This document shows positions 1-60,691 of a stretch of 64,000 bases of DNA, piece after piece; the stretch's first letter is position 1, and every line of letters begins with the position of its first letter. Source of the DNA: Paraspadella gotoi. Its lineage: Eukaryota > Animalia > Chaetognatha. The notes beneath the pieces were generated by a model that was given only the letters and a program-made list of their open reading frames with translations, had not been told where the DNA came from and did no database searches. Where the stretch lies: NCBI GenBank assembly GCA_051294375.1, contig CM119266.1:5075770-5139769 (forward strand), in the 5' to 3' direction. Both the position numbers and the translations under genes were made by a program.

Positions 1-900
1 GCAAAAAACACCAATTACTCGTGATTGATGGATGGATTTAAATGAAATTTTGTGTGTGGATAGGTAAGTGTGTGATTGAGCTGGATATTAAGTTTCGATG
101 GAATCGTCCGAGTGGAAATGAGTTTAAATGGAAAAAACAAAAAAAAATATATTCACTATTTGAACACCAATTGCTCATGAGTGGATGGGCTGATTGACCT
201 GGAATTTTGTATGTGGGTAGGAAAGTGTGTGATTGAACAGGAAATCAAGTTTCGATGGAATAGTTTGAGTGGAAATGAGTTTAAATGGAAAAAAACAAAA
301 AACCTGTTTTACTAATTGATTATGCTTCTTTTTCCTTTTATATTAAATGTATCTGCAGGATGTATTAATAAATCAAATAATTAATCAGTTAATTAATCAA
401 TTAGTAAATAAATTAATCAATAATTAATTAATTAGTCAATCAATCCGTCCATCCGTCCCATCTTAGCAAAAAGCTCCAATAACTCGTGATTGGCTGGTTG
501 GATTGTAATTAAATTTTTGTGTGGGTAGGAAAGTGTGTGATAAAGCTGGATATAAAATTTTCGATGGAATCGTGTGAGTGGAAATTAGTTTAAATGAAAA
601 AAACATAAGTCGAATTTACTAAAATCTTTTTACTTATTTTAACCAATAAATACTCCAATTAATCATAATTGGATGGATAGATTGAGTTGAAATTTTGTGT
701 GTGGGTAGGAAAACGTATGACGAAGCTTGATATAAAGTTTCAGTGGAAACGTACGAGTGGAAATGAGTTTAAATGAAAAAAATATGAGTCACATTTACTT
801 GAATCTTTTTATTTATTTTAACCCATGATAGATTGAGATGAAATTTTGTGAGCCGGTAGGAAAGTGAGTGAAGAAGCTAGATATAAAGTTTTGACGGAAT
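1..900. repeat. ~155-190 bp dispersed/tandem unit (about 5 copies), DINE-1/Helentron-like non-autonomous element
   Basis: Recurring caccaattactcgtgatt..ggatt..aaattttgtgtgtgg(g)tagg..agtttcgatggaatcg..gagtggaaatgagtttaaatg at ~10, ~165, ~475, ~655 and ~825. tccgtccatccgtcc microsatellite at ~444. Confidence 0.65.
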
Positions 901-1489
901 GCAAGTTGAAAAAATTATGCAAGTTGAAAAAATGATGCAAGTTAAAAAAATCTTAAAAGCATAAGGATCGTCGCTATTGCATAAAAAGAGAGAGAGAGAG
1001 AGAGAGAGAGAATGAGAGAGTGAGAGAGAGAGAGAGAGTGAGAGAGAAAAGAGAAGAGAGTGAGAGAGAGAGAGAGAGAAGAAGAGACATAAAATAAAAA
1101 AATCTTAAAAGACTCAAGATCGAGCCAGAGCCCACTATCATAGAAAATTAATGAAAAAAACACCGGGAAAAAAACGAATGAATCATGCGATAACGAATTG
1201 TTGATGTACTAGTAATTGATTGAGGTAATACTAATTGATTGATGTAATAGTAATTTATTGATGTAATAGGAATTGATTATTGATTCGATGATAATCAATT
1301 ATTGATCATGACGCTGTGATGATAGTCCATTCAGTGATGCGATGATTGTCATTCATTGATGCGATGATTGTCATTCATTGATGCGATGATAGTCAATAAA
1401 ACAAACAAATGCGTGTATGATGTGAGAGAGAGAGAGAGAGAGAGAGAAGAGAGAAGAGAGAGGAGAGAGAGAGAGAGAGAGAGAAAGAA

Positions 1490-1520
<31 letters not shown>

Positions 1521-1714
1521 AGAGAGAGGAGAGAAAAGAAAGAGAATAAATCCACGAAAATCTCGGATGAAAATATGGGATTTTGTATTGAAAAAAGCGC
1601 GGATAAATGGCAATAATAAAAAGTTTTTAGAAGGAAAAAAATAATCAGAATTTTTTCAAAAAACAAACGATCACGCAAAAGATCGGACAGATAGGGACAG
1701 ACACACAGAGAGAC

Positions 1715-1745
<31 letters not shown>

Positions 1746-4700
1746 CAGCCGCTGCAGAGAAAAGAGAAAGAGAAAGAGCGATATATAATAATTAAAAGAG
1801 AGAGAGAGAGAGAGAAGCTCTACAGCCCCTTTACTCGTTAAAGAATCAGCAGTACTTATGGCGCCGCACGTAGCGTGAGCTATCTCTATCCCAAAGGACC
1901 CGGTTTCGCCCTGTTCGTGGCGTCGTTTTTTACATTAGTGAACCCACATTATATCTAAAAAAAATTTTGTTAAAAAAAAAAAAAAAAAGAGAGAGAGAGA
2001 GAGGAAGAGAGAGAGAGAGAGAGAGAGAGAAGAGAAAGAAAGCTGGACATCGCTTGCAGAGCCGGAACTCGTTTTTAGAAGAAGCAGTGACGGAAAAAAA
2101 AGAGAGAGAGAGAGCGACCACCTTTTTTGTTTTGTAAATAAAACATAAACAAATACCAATATTGATATGAAACATGAGAATTTTAAAGATCTTGATGATT
2201 AGAAGCCATATATGAAAATTCAACTCCCTATGATATCACACTTTCAGAAGCCATGATTGCAAAAAAGCGAGACCGAAAGCTAACACCGAAAAAAATCGAG
2301 ACAGGACGGGCTTTGCCCGCTGGCTCGATAATAGAGGATATTTGTTTGTTTTGATAAAATGTAAACAAAACATTTAATAACTGTCCTGACTCAATTTTAA
2401 GGACATCGATGATGACAAGCTGAATATAAATTATAATTAATCTATTAATTAATTAATAAATTAATTATAACTATTAAATTAATTAAAATAATTAATAATT
2501 AATCTATTAATTAATTAATTAATTAATCAATTAATATAGGCAGATCCGACATTGTTTGCTCAAACTTGTTTATCATCCTCTTCATCCTCCTCCTCCTCCT
2601 CCTCCTCCTTTTCAATTCCACCAAAATCACGTTCGGAATGTTTGAAGAGGTGGGAAGGTGGGAAGGTGGGAGGGTAGGAAGGTGGGTGCACTGAGTTAAC
2701 ACAATTTTTTTTCGGGCCACACCAATTCTTTTCAACTTTTTTCCACTTTATTTAACTGTGTTTCGATTCTGTTGTTTTGTAATACCACCCTACTTAGTAG
2801 TGTTTATAAGAGACAAACTGGAAAATTAGATCAAGTTCGTTAATCTCATTTGCATATAGTCGTGTTGGCGTTAAGTCAGCGTTAAATCAGGGCTCGTGTA
2901 ATGTCAAATTGTAAAAATAACTCGTATTAATTCCGTTTATATTTTCATTCCATTCCATTCAATTCCACACGACGTAGCGAAACAAATAAAAAGAATTAAG
3001 ATAAATCAAATATATCTCTACTTTTTTTTTTTATCAATTTACTCTCTCGTCCTGGCGGCCGGGCTGGCGGGCTGGCGGGCGGGAGGCGGAGTTTGGCCGA
3101 CACAAACAGAGGCTGCCGATCCAAGAACATACGCAGACACACCTCTGATTAAAACTTGGCATTCTGTGTGCTAGAACTGGCATAATTTCAGAACCTTTTG
3201 CCAGTAAAAAATGATCTGGCATAAAGTATACAATCTGGCATATTCTGTCATATTTCTGAATTTGAAAAAAAGGTTTAAGGTTTTCCAAACTACAGCATTG
3301 GAAAAAGTACGAAAAACTCTTCATCTGACAATAAAAATCTATCCAAGTTGCTTAATTTATTATTTATTTCTTTGATAACAATCATGTTCACTGTCATGAC
3401 AATTGTTAAGACCTGGAAAGGATTCCAAGCAAACATACATTAAAGCCAAAGTAAAATTGGTTAATACCCATTTTCCCCCAGGATGCTTGTGGAGTTCTGT
3501 AATGCTTGTATTAGTATGTTGAAGCCACTTAAGTGCAAGACGCTATGGTGTTGGTTGGTCTGTCGGTCGGTTTAAAATTTAACTTTACCAGTTTATCGCT
3601 TCGGCAATTCACCAAAAGTATAATTTTTTACGTCTTTTTTGTTCTTATTTTTCTAAATTATTTTTCTTAGCCTCTAATAATCATTATTCTTTACTCTCAT
3701 AAAAGTTTTGTTTTCAATCAGCTAAAAGATAATTTGGCATAATATTTAGCACAATAAGAAAAAAATCTAGATATTTTTAGCATAATTTAGGGCGCCATCT
3801 AGCACATTTATTTTCTGCTGAGTTTTAATCAAAAAGACACACATATGAATTTAACACTAACTTAAACTTAAGCGTTATATCAAACTTAAAAATTAACCTT
3901 AACCTTAGTTTTAACTTTAACCTGTACATTTATTGGTTGTACCAATTTCATATAACTTTAATCAATTTAAAGTTGATTGCATCATTTTAAGTAATTTATT
4001 GTAATTAAATCAGTTTCTATTCTGCATAGATTTGGTTTCTCTTAATAAGTCACAGTAAATGTTCATTAAGTCATTTTCGATATAATATAAGTCTGATCTT
4101 TTACTGTTTCAGTCACCATCAATGTAGTTATTTTATTGAATTATTAAAATTGTTAATGTCATAACGTTATTAATGTTAACGTATTATGTTATCGTCATAA
4201 TTTCGTGGCAATTTTACAGTCAAATTTATGACAGTCTTGCTCATTGGGCAATGAACTTTTTCAAGTTATTTTACATCCTTTTACGTCATAATTACGTTAA
4301 TCAAATTTACGTCAGTCTATTTTACCATAGTCATGCTTATTTTTTATGCTTAATTTTATGTGCTTCTTGTCCTGGTCATGTTTAGTCACGTTTGGCTTTT
4401 AGTTATTACGTCATTACGTCAATACGTCATTATGACTTTTATGTCCTTTTATATCATTTTAAGTCCAATGTCCAATGCTTATTGTCCGGGTCATGTTTAG
4501 TCACGTTTGGACGTTTAGTTCTTTAGTCATTACGTCATTATGTCTTTTACGTCATTTTATGTCATTATGTCATTTTGGATCTTCTGTTTTATTTTAGGAA
4601 ATTTTTATAAAAATGAGTCTTGATGTAATAATATTTTAGTTGTTTATTTACTCAACCTATTTTTGTTTCTAAACCGATCAAGCAAAAAAAGAAAGAAAGA

Positions 4701-5260
4701 TAAATAAAGAAAAAAGAAAAAAAAAAGAATAAAGAAAAAATTTAAAAAAAAAATAAATTGTTTTGTTGTGATTTTTATCTTTGAGTTTCGATCGCGAATC
4801 CAACTCGATTGTGTTCTACTGCAGAATTGAATGCGTTTACGTGTAACAGTGTGTGCGAGAATGGAACCGGATGTAATTAGGTGCGAATGGGGAAAAGTTT
4901 ACTTTTGTCCAATGACGATCGATGTTCGAAAATCGAAACTCGGTTGTTGTCGTTGTAGTCGTTGACTCACACTGTTACGTTTCAGTCATTATTTTTTTGT
5001 GTGGCTTTTAATTCAAACTCAAAATAAAACTTGTTTTTTTATTTTTTAAAATTTTTTTTACAAGTTCAACAAACAATCAAGCTAAAAATGGGGTACATTT
5101 AAATACATTTATAGATATAAATTTTAAAAGTCTTTTAGGCTTTTAGCATAATTTAAAGGATCTTTAAAACTTTATTAAAATTATTTAGCAAACTTTAGGA
5201 GTTCTTACCATCGATTAATCCGCAATGTATATGAAACAAATCGACCTGTTTTTAGATTCC

Positions 5261-5345
5261 TTTTGCGCGCCCCGTATGAAATTAGTTTTCTTTTGCGCGC
5301 CCCGTATGAAATTAGTTTTCTTTTACGCGCCCCGTATGAAATTGC
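5261..5345. repeat. 30-bp tandem repeat x3
   Basis: ttttgcgcgccccgtatgaaattagttttc repeated. Confidence 0.85.
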
Positions 5346-6856
5346 TTTTAACAAAAAAAAATAAAAAAATGTAAAAAAAAAGATTTTAAACGCGAGTTGT
5401 AGAACGGTCGGTAAAACACTAAAACTAATTTCTAAGAATCAAGCTCATTTATGTGTTAAATGGTAATACATATTTAACAATATTTTTTTTATTTATGGAT
5501 TGACTTTATTTTTAAAAAACAAAATAAGAGATAAAAAAAAACATGCGTCCTAAAAAATTTATGCAGATGATTTTAATTTTAACCAAACTTTTTTTTTTTA
5601 AATAGCGAGAATGAAAAAGATCGAATTGCAAAACTCTCTTATTTACTATTTTTTTTTTAAAAGTTAAAAGAGGAAAAAGTAAAAATATTTTAAGCCTAAA
5701 AGGTTTCAAGAAACCCCCAAAGAATTTCTCGTTGTCTGGAAATTGAACAAAGTTTTGAGATGCGTCGATTTATTTGCGAAAACAAAGAAACGGAGAGAAA
5801 AAACAGAAAAAAAACATTTCGTTTTCCGGAGAAAGGATTGAAAGTTGATTTAAAATGTAATTTCGAGTTATTATTAACCAAACCAACAAAAATTGTCTAT
5901 TTAATTGGTAAGAGAGAGATAGAGAGAGAGAAATAGGGAGAGAGAGAAACGAGCGAGAGTAAATGATCTCCCAATCGTAATGTCAGTGTGTTCAAAATTA
6001 ATGTCCGTTTGTCTGCTACAGGTATTGGATTTTTTTAAGGTAAAAAAAACTTTTTTTAAGGTTTTTTTATTTTATTTATTTAATCACCTTTAGAGAGAGA
6101 GAGAGAGATAGAGAGACAGAGCGCGCTATCCGATGTTATCATTGTTTATTTTCTCTTCGCTCTCAATGAATGTTTATTTATTCATTCAGTTTTAACTTTT
6201 CTTCATTCTCTCTTTTTAACTTTTAAAATTATCTTTTATTAATCAATTCGCTTCAGGCCCGCTAAAACAAGAAGCCTAGTAAGATTCTATAAAAAAGAGG
6301 ACACATAAATAAGCAAATAAGAAGAGAGAACGAGACAGCTGTTAAAACTCTCCAAATTTAAAGGGCTTGAATGCTCATTAAAAAGATTTGACTTTTGAAA
6401 AAAAACAAACTATATCGTTGCACCGAAGAAAAAAAAATCTTTAATTTCCCAAAAAAGTTGTGCGTTTGTGAAGCAAAGAAAAAGACGATGGTTGATGCTC
6501 TTTAGCAGACGATGGAGGCAGATAAAATACCGTCATTGCAGCAAGAAAAACTAGAGATCACATATCCGTCCACAGTCTAACAGTTAAATTTTTGATGTAA
6601 ACATAAAATATATATATTATATAATTCCCGAAAAATTTAAATATAGGTTTTCTAATAAAGTTCCTGAGGCGATTTTTTTTTTTCGAACAAAAAAAAGGAC
6701 CGTAGTTTAAGAATATTTTTGCGTAACTTTTAAGGTTTCAGTGCAAGAAAACTAATCATGAAAATTCGCGATCAAAGGTTCGTCCGTAACTTAGTTTCAA
6801 GTTGATCATTTGATTTGTTGGGATTCGGTTCAATATTTTTTTTTAGCGGCCGAATC

Positions 6857-7025
6857 TGGATTGAAACAAAAGGTAAACGGATTTGAATTGAAATTTGAAT
6901 TGAAACAAAAGGTAAACGGATTTGAATTGAAATTTGAATTGAAACAAAAGGTAAACGGATTTGAATTGAAATTTGAATTGAAACAAAAGGTAAACGGATT
7001 TGAATTGAAACAAAAGGTAAACGAA
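6857..7025. repeat. 39-bp tandem repeat, ~4.5 copies
   Basis: ttgaaacaaaaggtaaacggatttgaattgaaatttgaa repeated. Confidence 0.9.
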
Positions 7026-7512
7026 TTTTTTTTGGATCTTTTTGACAGATGCACCCAAATCTTGGCTGACATTGAATCCAGACGTCCGTACCTAAGTTTA
7101 TTTCTCAATCGAGCTCCCAAATATATGCGTTTAATTCTATAAACGAATTAGGTTATCAATCATAATTAATGACAACAATTTTGATTTCATTTTCAAAAAA
7201 ATTTATTTTCGATCTTAAACATTGAGTTAAGTGACAGGTGCCCACAAAGAAAAAATGGTTTAATATGTAAACAAAATTCTGACGACCCATCCAAATAAAC
7301 AAAATACATTTTTTCTGCAACATTAAAAGGTTTGAAATACCGAAAAAATGTTTTAAAAAGTAAACAATTTCTTAAATGTAATCAATTCAAAAATAAAGAC
7401 AAAAGCCGGAAATTGTCCGTGAGAACGTTGAGTGAGATAAGCGTCCAAAATGTAAAGCGTCCAAACTTTGTCCGTGAGTTTGTGCAGGTTTTTAACGACT
7501 ACAAATGGGATT

Positions 7513-7568
<56 letters not shown>

Positions 7569-7637
7569 CGGGGTTTCCAGTGCTGACTTTGCAATGTGCC
7601 CGGTGATGAATCAATTTCCCGCACGCAACCTTCCCTT

Positions 7638-7674
<37 letters not shown>

Positions 7675-7819
7675 TCATTTAGGAATTATTTCTTTTTTTG
7701 GTTCCTTTGGTTCATTCGATGTTCTTTTTTTTATTGCGAGATCTGAACGGATTTTGATGTTTTCCGACGCCGCCGCCGACGTCGCTGCCGTCCGAAACCC
7801 TATGTTAGACTTTTGCTCA

Positions 7820-54636
<46,817 letters not shown>

Positions 54637-56574
54637 CTGGAGTGGGGAGTGGAGGAGGGGAGGGGGTGATGGGTCAGAGTATGGGGTGTTAATGGAGTCA
54701 ATGGGGTGTTGAAGGAGCTAATGGAGAATTAAACCGAGCGAAGTTGTAGTCGGGAAATGCTATGAGTTTTCCCCGCCTTTAAGCATGACTCCTTCAGTCG
54801 TGACCCGGTGGCTCATGACCATCGGGTACCAGGATCGATCCCCAATGCTACCTACCCAGCGTCCTTGGGGACCTGGAAAACCCTCAAGTCTGGTTTCAAG
54901 CCTAGGACACGTTCCATGGCGTCTAGAAGTGGTTGGAGAAGTTGCGAATAAGACTCTTCAGTCTTCAGTCTTCACCTCCGGATTAATGAGAAAAATTTAG
55001 CAATTCATTTTGTCCGTAGTTATTGATTTTAGTTTGATATCTCGTTGAATGATTGAGTGCCAGATCTATCTTTAAAGATTGTACTGTATTAATATTAACA
55101 AAAAATGATTAAAAAAAACAAATTATTCAACTTTAGGCGATAATAGAAAATTCGTTTGACAATCAACATATGCAATCAAAACTTTTGTAAATTTAATTGT
55201 CATTTCTTTTAGTAATTTTTGTTTTCTTTTCGACAGTAATATTTCCCTCAAAACTTACGATCACCTTACAACTACTACTGCATGTTTAAGAAAAAAAAAA
55301 ACCCACAATTAAAAAGCGAGAAAAAAGTATTCAGCTGAGCTAATGACAGACTGGAACGGTAGTAACTCATCATCGTGGGAAGAAAAAAATTCGAAGGAAA
55401 AAAAATTTTATAAATTTAAAAAAAAAAACTTGAAATTAAAAAAAACTTGTTCAAAATTAAACGCAAAGACGATTAAATCATTTTTTTTTAGTCTTGACTC
55501 TTGTCTAATAAAACGGGCATCGCACTTTCGAAATTAATAATCACTTCATTTACTTTTGCCTCATTAAATCTAAGATGAATAGATCGAATCGTCTTGACAA
55601 GTTTATCTCATTTTGAGTGAAGGTTACGGTATTTCCGATTTTCCAAGACTGGAAAGATTTTTCCTACTTACTCATCAGTCAAAATGGAAAAAGGGACCAT
55701 ATTATTCAAAATGGCCTCATTTCATTTTCAGCTTAAATTCAAAATAAAATATATTTAAATAAAATAAATAAAATAAATTTAAATACTTCGTTAAAGGTTA
55801 GGGCTAAGTGTTAGGTTAAGAATTAGTGTTAATAATAAGGATATATGGAGGACTAAAATCCACCAACCGTTCATCAGCGGCCATTGCTCCTAACCCAAAG
55901 GTCCGGGGTTTTAGCCCGGTAGCCGTGTAGCAGTTAAGAGGGACGGGCGCTTAACCCGCCTGTAACACCGTGTTACAGCCTGATCCGAAGCTCAGGGACT
56001 GCTTACATTGAACGGTTCTGTCACTAACAAATAACAATTATCACTCTCTCTTCAGATTTGAATTAAAGATTAAAGTTAAATAATTAGAAAGAAATTAAAA
56101 TTAAATTTATGGATAATGAACAAAATGGGAGGCTTTCAAAAAAGAGTGCCCCCCCCCCAAAAAAGAAATCCGGCAATAGCGCCCGCGTTTTTCCCAGGGT
56201 CATAAATCGGTTTTTTTTATTATTTCGGATTTAAGGCACAAAAAGAATTTCTCTGTTTTCTGTTTTTCAGGCGTAAAAAAAAATTTGCGGGGTTTCGAAA
56301 TCTGGGACGCCCTTTAAGTCCCGGAGTTGATTTAGGATAATGCATTGCGTAGGAAATAAGGGGTGAACTTAGGTAATATTTTGCCTGATTATTTGAGATG
56401 GTTTTAATTTGATATTCTCTTTAATATATTCAAACATATATCGCTCAAAGTGAGAAGGAAATCTTTCGGAGCCAACTTTAAACGCGTTTTGTTGAGACGG
56501 ACTCAATTTTTTTAATTTGTTTCAAAAAGGGAAAATTTTTTTCTGAATCTGTCGACGCCGCGTCGTTGCTCATT

Positions 56575-57320
56575 TTTTACGAAATAAACTTGAGTGAAAT
56601 AGGATCCGAGGTAAAAAAGTTACTTATATACTGAATTTCTTGATTACCTAGATTATGAATATTTATCAATAAGTAGTTGAACTTATCCTGAGCTTAATAT
56701 CGTCAAATATTTCGACCAAACTGAGAGGTATGGCGAGGTTCCAATTGTCGACCCAGGTTAATGAGGGAGGATCGATCTCGTCTCAGATTGCATAAGATTA
56801 AATATGAACATTGAGCTTGTAAAAACTAAGATGTTTGTCGCTCGAAGAATATATTCGTGAGAAGAACTCATGATAGAAGTATATTTTTATGATGTAGATT
56901 TACGCTGAAGGCTTTTATTAACCGCTTGCTGGAAATGATTTTTAACAGATCGTGATTACGATGACATTGTGAGGAACTCTCCGTTACTTCCGGTGGGTAT
57001 TCTTCTTCATCCGAAAATAACGTTTCATCCGCCCCCTGTCGAAATTCTATATTTGAATTTCGTTTTTTGCTTCGTCGAATTGCGGATCGTAGGACTCGTA
57101 TAGATATATTATTCTGTTTACGGGAGTAGAGCAGATGTCTGGCATATGGCGTAAAATGCAAAGGATGAGAGTAGATTTTCCACTAGAAATGTAAATAAAA
57201 ATATTGTTACTCGTTTGTTCATTTTGATTATATTGTTTCATTACTTACTATGGTAGATCCTATTACCAAACAACCGAACGGCGCGATTAATCGCAACCAG
57301 TGTGATGGGTGGAATCCATG
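56575..57320 (-). pseudogene. Decayed Maverick/Polinton (adintovirus-like) A32/FtsK-type DNA packaging ATPase
   Basis: Fragments across frames: LRLIAPFGCLVIGST..SGKSTLILCIL..PVNRIIYLYESYDPQF..F.QG..AFSVNLHHKNI..QCSYLILCNLRRDRSSLINLGRQLEP..FNYLLINIH..IQYISNFF. This follows the motif order of Maverick ATPases as I know them (PFT..GPTGSGKT, IIYCY, SHHRNIS, YLVLFKNPRD...LARQ, GYLLID). Multiple stops and frameshifts. Confidence 0.75.
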
Positions 57321-57420
57321 ATAGACTTAGCATTAACTTTTTTGGGGTCGATATTTATACCTATGGTCTCTTTGTTGAATTTTTTCCAGCGATATTGAGT
57401 AAACAAAAACAAAGGAGAAC

Positions 57421-59943
57421 ATGAAAAACTTTTTTGGCTTTTTTTTTTGGCTGTGGCCGTCGCCAATCAACAATTATTTCGTCGACAAACAAATCGCAGA
57501 GATTTACGTTAGTTTTATTGTCAAAGTAATTGGGAACTTAAGTTTTCGAGATATTTAAATTAACTATTTTTTTTCCTTTCTTTCCCTCCCCCACCTTTTT
57601 TCAGATTGTATCAAGAGATATCGCGGAGAAGGAAAGACCGAATGTAAGCGAAATAAAGAGAGAAGAGAGGAAGAAGTCAACCAACTAACGCCATCTACGT
57701 TTTTTTCTTTTGTCTCTGGCAGCCTTCATACGCCGTCAGTGTTGGCGCTTTACGCGCGGCCGCGCTAGAGCGGTTTCGTCAGATGCTGTGAGTTTATTTT
57801 TTTTCGCTCGAATCTAATCTTTCGTCTCGAATTTTTAATCTTTCGCCTCGAATTTTTAATCTTTCGCCTCGGAATTTTTAATCTTCGCCTCGAATATTTT
57901 TTATCTCTCAGAGCTCGAGATCGATCCCGGAGGAACGACGACCACGAAGACGACGACGACGACGAGAAGGACGACGACGACGACGAAGTGGGAGAGGCGC
58001 CTAGGACGACGACGACAACTTGGAGAGGGCGCCGAGGAGGGCGACGACGATGCCGGCGACCCGCGCCGACGACAACGTGGCGTCCATAGCCAGAAGGAGG
58101 ACGACGACTCGGCGACCAGCGCCCGAATATCGCGACCAGCGCCCGAATATCGGCGAACCAGCGCCTCCGAATCGGCGACCGGCGACCAGATCATAGGCGG
58201 CCAGCGCCCATTTTCCGTGCGACCAGCGCCACGACGAGGCGGCCAGCGCCTAGGATGACGACGAGGCAGCCAACGACGACGACGAGGCGGCCAGCACCTA
58301 GACGACGACGAGGCGGCAGCGCCTGAGGACGCGAGGCGGCCAGCACCTAGACGACGACGAGGTGACCAACGACACGACAATGAGGCGACCAGCCGCCTAG
58401 GACGACGACGACGAGGCGGCAAACGACGACGACGAGGCGGCCAGCGCCAAGAAAGGACGACGTTAGCGACAAGGCGGCCAGCGCCTAGACGACAACAACG
58501 AGGCGACCGGCGCCAATAGTGACTTATCCTTGCGACCAGCGCCAAGAATGACGACGACACGAGGCGACCAGCGCCTAGGATGACGACGAGACGATGCAGC
58601 AGCGCTCGTACCGAAGTTTCCATGGCGTCCAGCGCCTTTCCACAAGACGAACCAGCGTCCGTACCGACGTTTCCATGGCGTCCAGCGCCTTCCACAAGAC
58701 GACAGCGTCTGTACCGACGTTTCCATGGCGTCCAGCGCCTCACAAGACGACCAGCGTCTGTTCTGACGTTCCATGGCGTCCAGCGCCTTCCACAAGACGA
58801 CCAGCTGTCGATATATGGCGTCCAGCGCCGGAGTGTAGAGGCAACGCCCGCGTCACCTCTAATAGTAGAATGGACGACGCCGCCGCCGCCACGGGAGAGT
58901 CTGGGTGCGGGACGCCAGCGTCAACTTCGCCATTTGGGTGGCGCCGTGGCCATCGAGTTGGCGACGGCGACGACAAACGACGACAACACAGCAAAAACAT
59001 CAACCGCCACAACATTATCCACAACAACCTCCACAACATCCACTATGAACAACCTCCACAACATCTCTACAACAACCATCTCTACATCTTTAACTCCATT
59101 AGCCTCTACAACAACCTCTACATCAGCCTCTACATCATCCCATCTATCATCCCATCCATTGTCTCTACATCATCCTATCCATCAACCTCTACATCGCAAT
59201 CTCAAATTACTTTATCACTCCATCAACCTCTACATCTCACTCTATGACAACATCATCCACTCCATCAACAACTCCATCAACCTCTACATCCACACTCTAC
59301 GGTTATATCATTCACTCCATCAACAACTCCATCAACCTCTACATCACACTCACGATTATATCATTCACTCCATCAACCTCTAATCACAATCTACCATCAT
59401 CTTCATCGACGCTACATCACATTCTACAACAACATCATCAACTCCATCAATCTCTACGGCAACTCCAACCACTTCATCATTCACAATGACTCCTTCAAAA
59501 AAGTAGTTTCAAACGTCTAAAAAAGAATCGCCGCGAAACGCGATTTTTTTGCCACAAATATTTCTAATTTTGCCTCAAAATTTTGTTTTTTTTTCAGATT
59601 CGAAATTTCGAAAACGATGGCAGTGACGACGATGGTGACGACGACGAGAATGAAAAAGGAAGAGGATCGTAGGCCCTTTTGGCAGAGCAGTTTAATGTGA
59701 GTAAAAAAATTGATATTTTAAAGTCCAAAAAAAGAATTGAAAACTAGGATAATTATTTTATATAAAAAATATCTTGAATATTGTTTCTACAGCATCTACA
59801 TAATAGCAATCGCGAGTGTGGTGGGGGCGCTCGCGTCGTCGTGGGCCGTCGGCGTCGTTTTAGGCGTCAACTCGGCGCCTTATGGAGCGCATGGGGCGGC
59901 GGCGACGACAAACCCAAGACATTGGGGTTTTTGTGGTGGATGA
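57421..59943 (+). CDS. Spliced mucin-like (Thr/Ser/Arg/Pro repeat) membrane protein gene or pseudogene, frameshifted in this sequence
   Basis: Signal-like start (MKNFFGFF..AVAVA). Short Cys-containing exons (~57605-57642, ~57723-57787), then a long repeat exon from ~57911 (TTTRRPAP-type, TDVSMASSAF-type and Thr/Ser-rich units). An acidic exon at ~59598-59696 and a hydrophobic last exon (IYIIAIASVVGALASSWAVGVVLGV). GT-AG flanks visible; many indels. Confidence 0.5.
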
Positions 59944-60691
59944 GAGGGAGAAGAAAGAAGAGGAGGGGGTGAGATAGAGAGTGGTGTGAGGAAGTGAGAG
60001 GAGGCGAGGAGAGTGAAAGAGAGGGAAGATAGAGGAGGAAAGAAGAAGAGGAAGAAGAAGAAACTATTTTCGACAGAGAATTTATAATACAATGTAAATA
60101 TTTTTTGTAGTTTTTTTTTTTTTTTTTAGCTAGGGTTAGTTAGTTTTTTATTGTTATACATTGTATTTTATTAATGTCAAAAAAAATTTAACTTTCTTTT
60201 TTTAATTCTTCTACTATTTTCAGAAGAAGGATTCACACCGTTTCACAAATGGATAATTCTGATGAATGAATTAAAATGAGAAAAGGGATATATTGTTGTA
60301 AAATGTAAGATAATAAATTGTATAAAAATGATATATTATTTTAATCCACGGACGACAGGTCGCCAGACAATCAGTCAAACAAAAAAAACATAAAAACAAC
60401 TAGACACTATGTTTACCTCGATCGCGGAACAAAAAAGTTATTTTTTGAGTAGTCTCAAGATCTGATCTTCGAATATAAAAAAAAAGAATCCAAAAATTTT
60501 CACTTCAAATAAACTACCTTCTCTAAAGATAAATGAGACTTATTTGATATCATCAGAATCTACTCTCAAGCTGAACACTTCGTCATCTCAAATCAGCGCC
60601 ACAAATTCCCTGTGACGATCTACCCCCATTAAATCACCAATGTGTTTGTATTGCGACACTACTCTTTCCCAATCTCCGTCTAGCCGTAGCA

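Noticed and set aside
1858-1925. Possible tRNA gene
   Set aside because: Only degenerate A/B-box resemblance and no clean cloverleaf; treated as a SINE head.
942-2223. ORFs rich in SLSL/RERE (also ~10027-10767 on +, 22177-22580, 30314-30813, 33723-33981, 46480-46891, 47069-47343, 52056-52374)
   Set aside because: Stop-free translations of (GA)n/(CT)n and (GAAAA)n microsatellites, not proteins.
57901-58795. Arg-rich minus-strand ORFs (280 aa, 110 aa)
   Set aside because: Antisense shadows of the GC-rich repeat exon of the plus-strand mucin-like gene.
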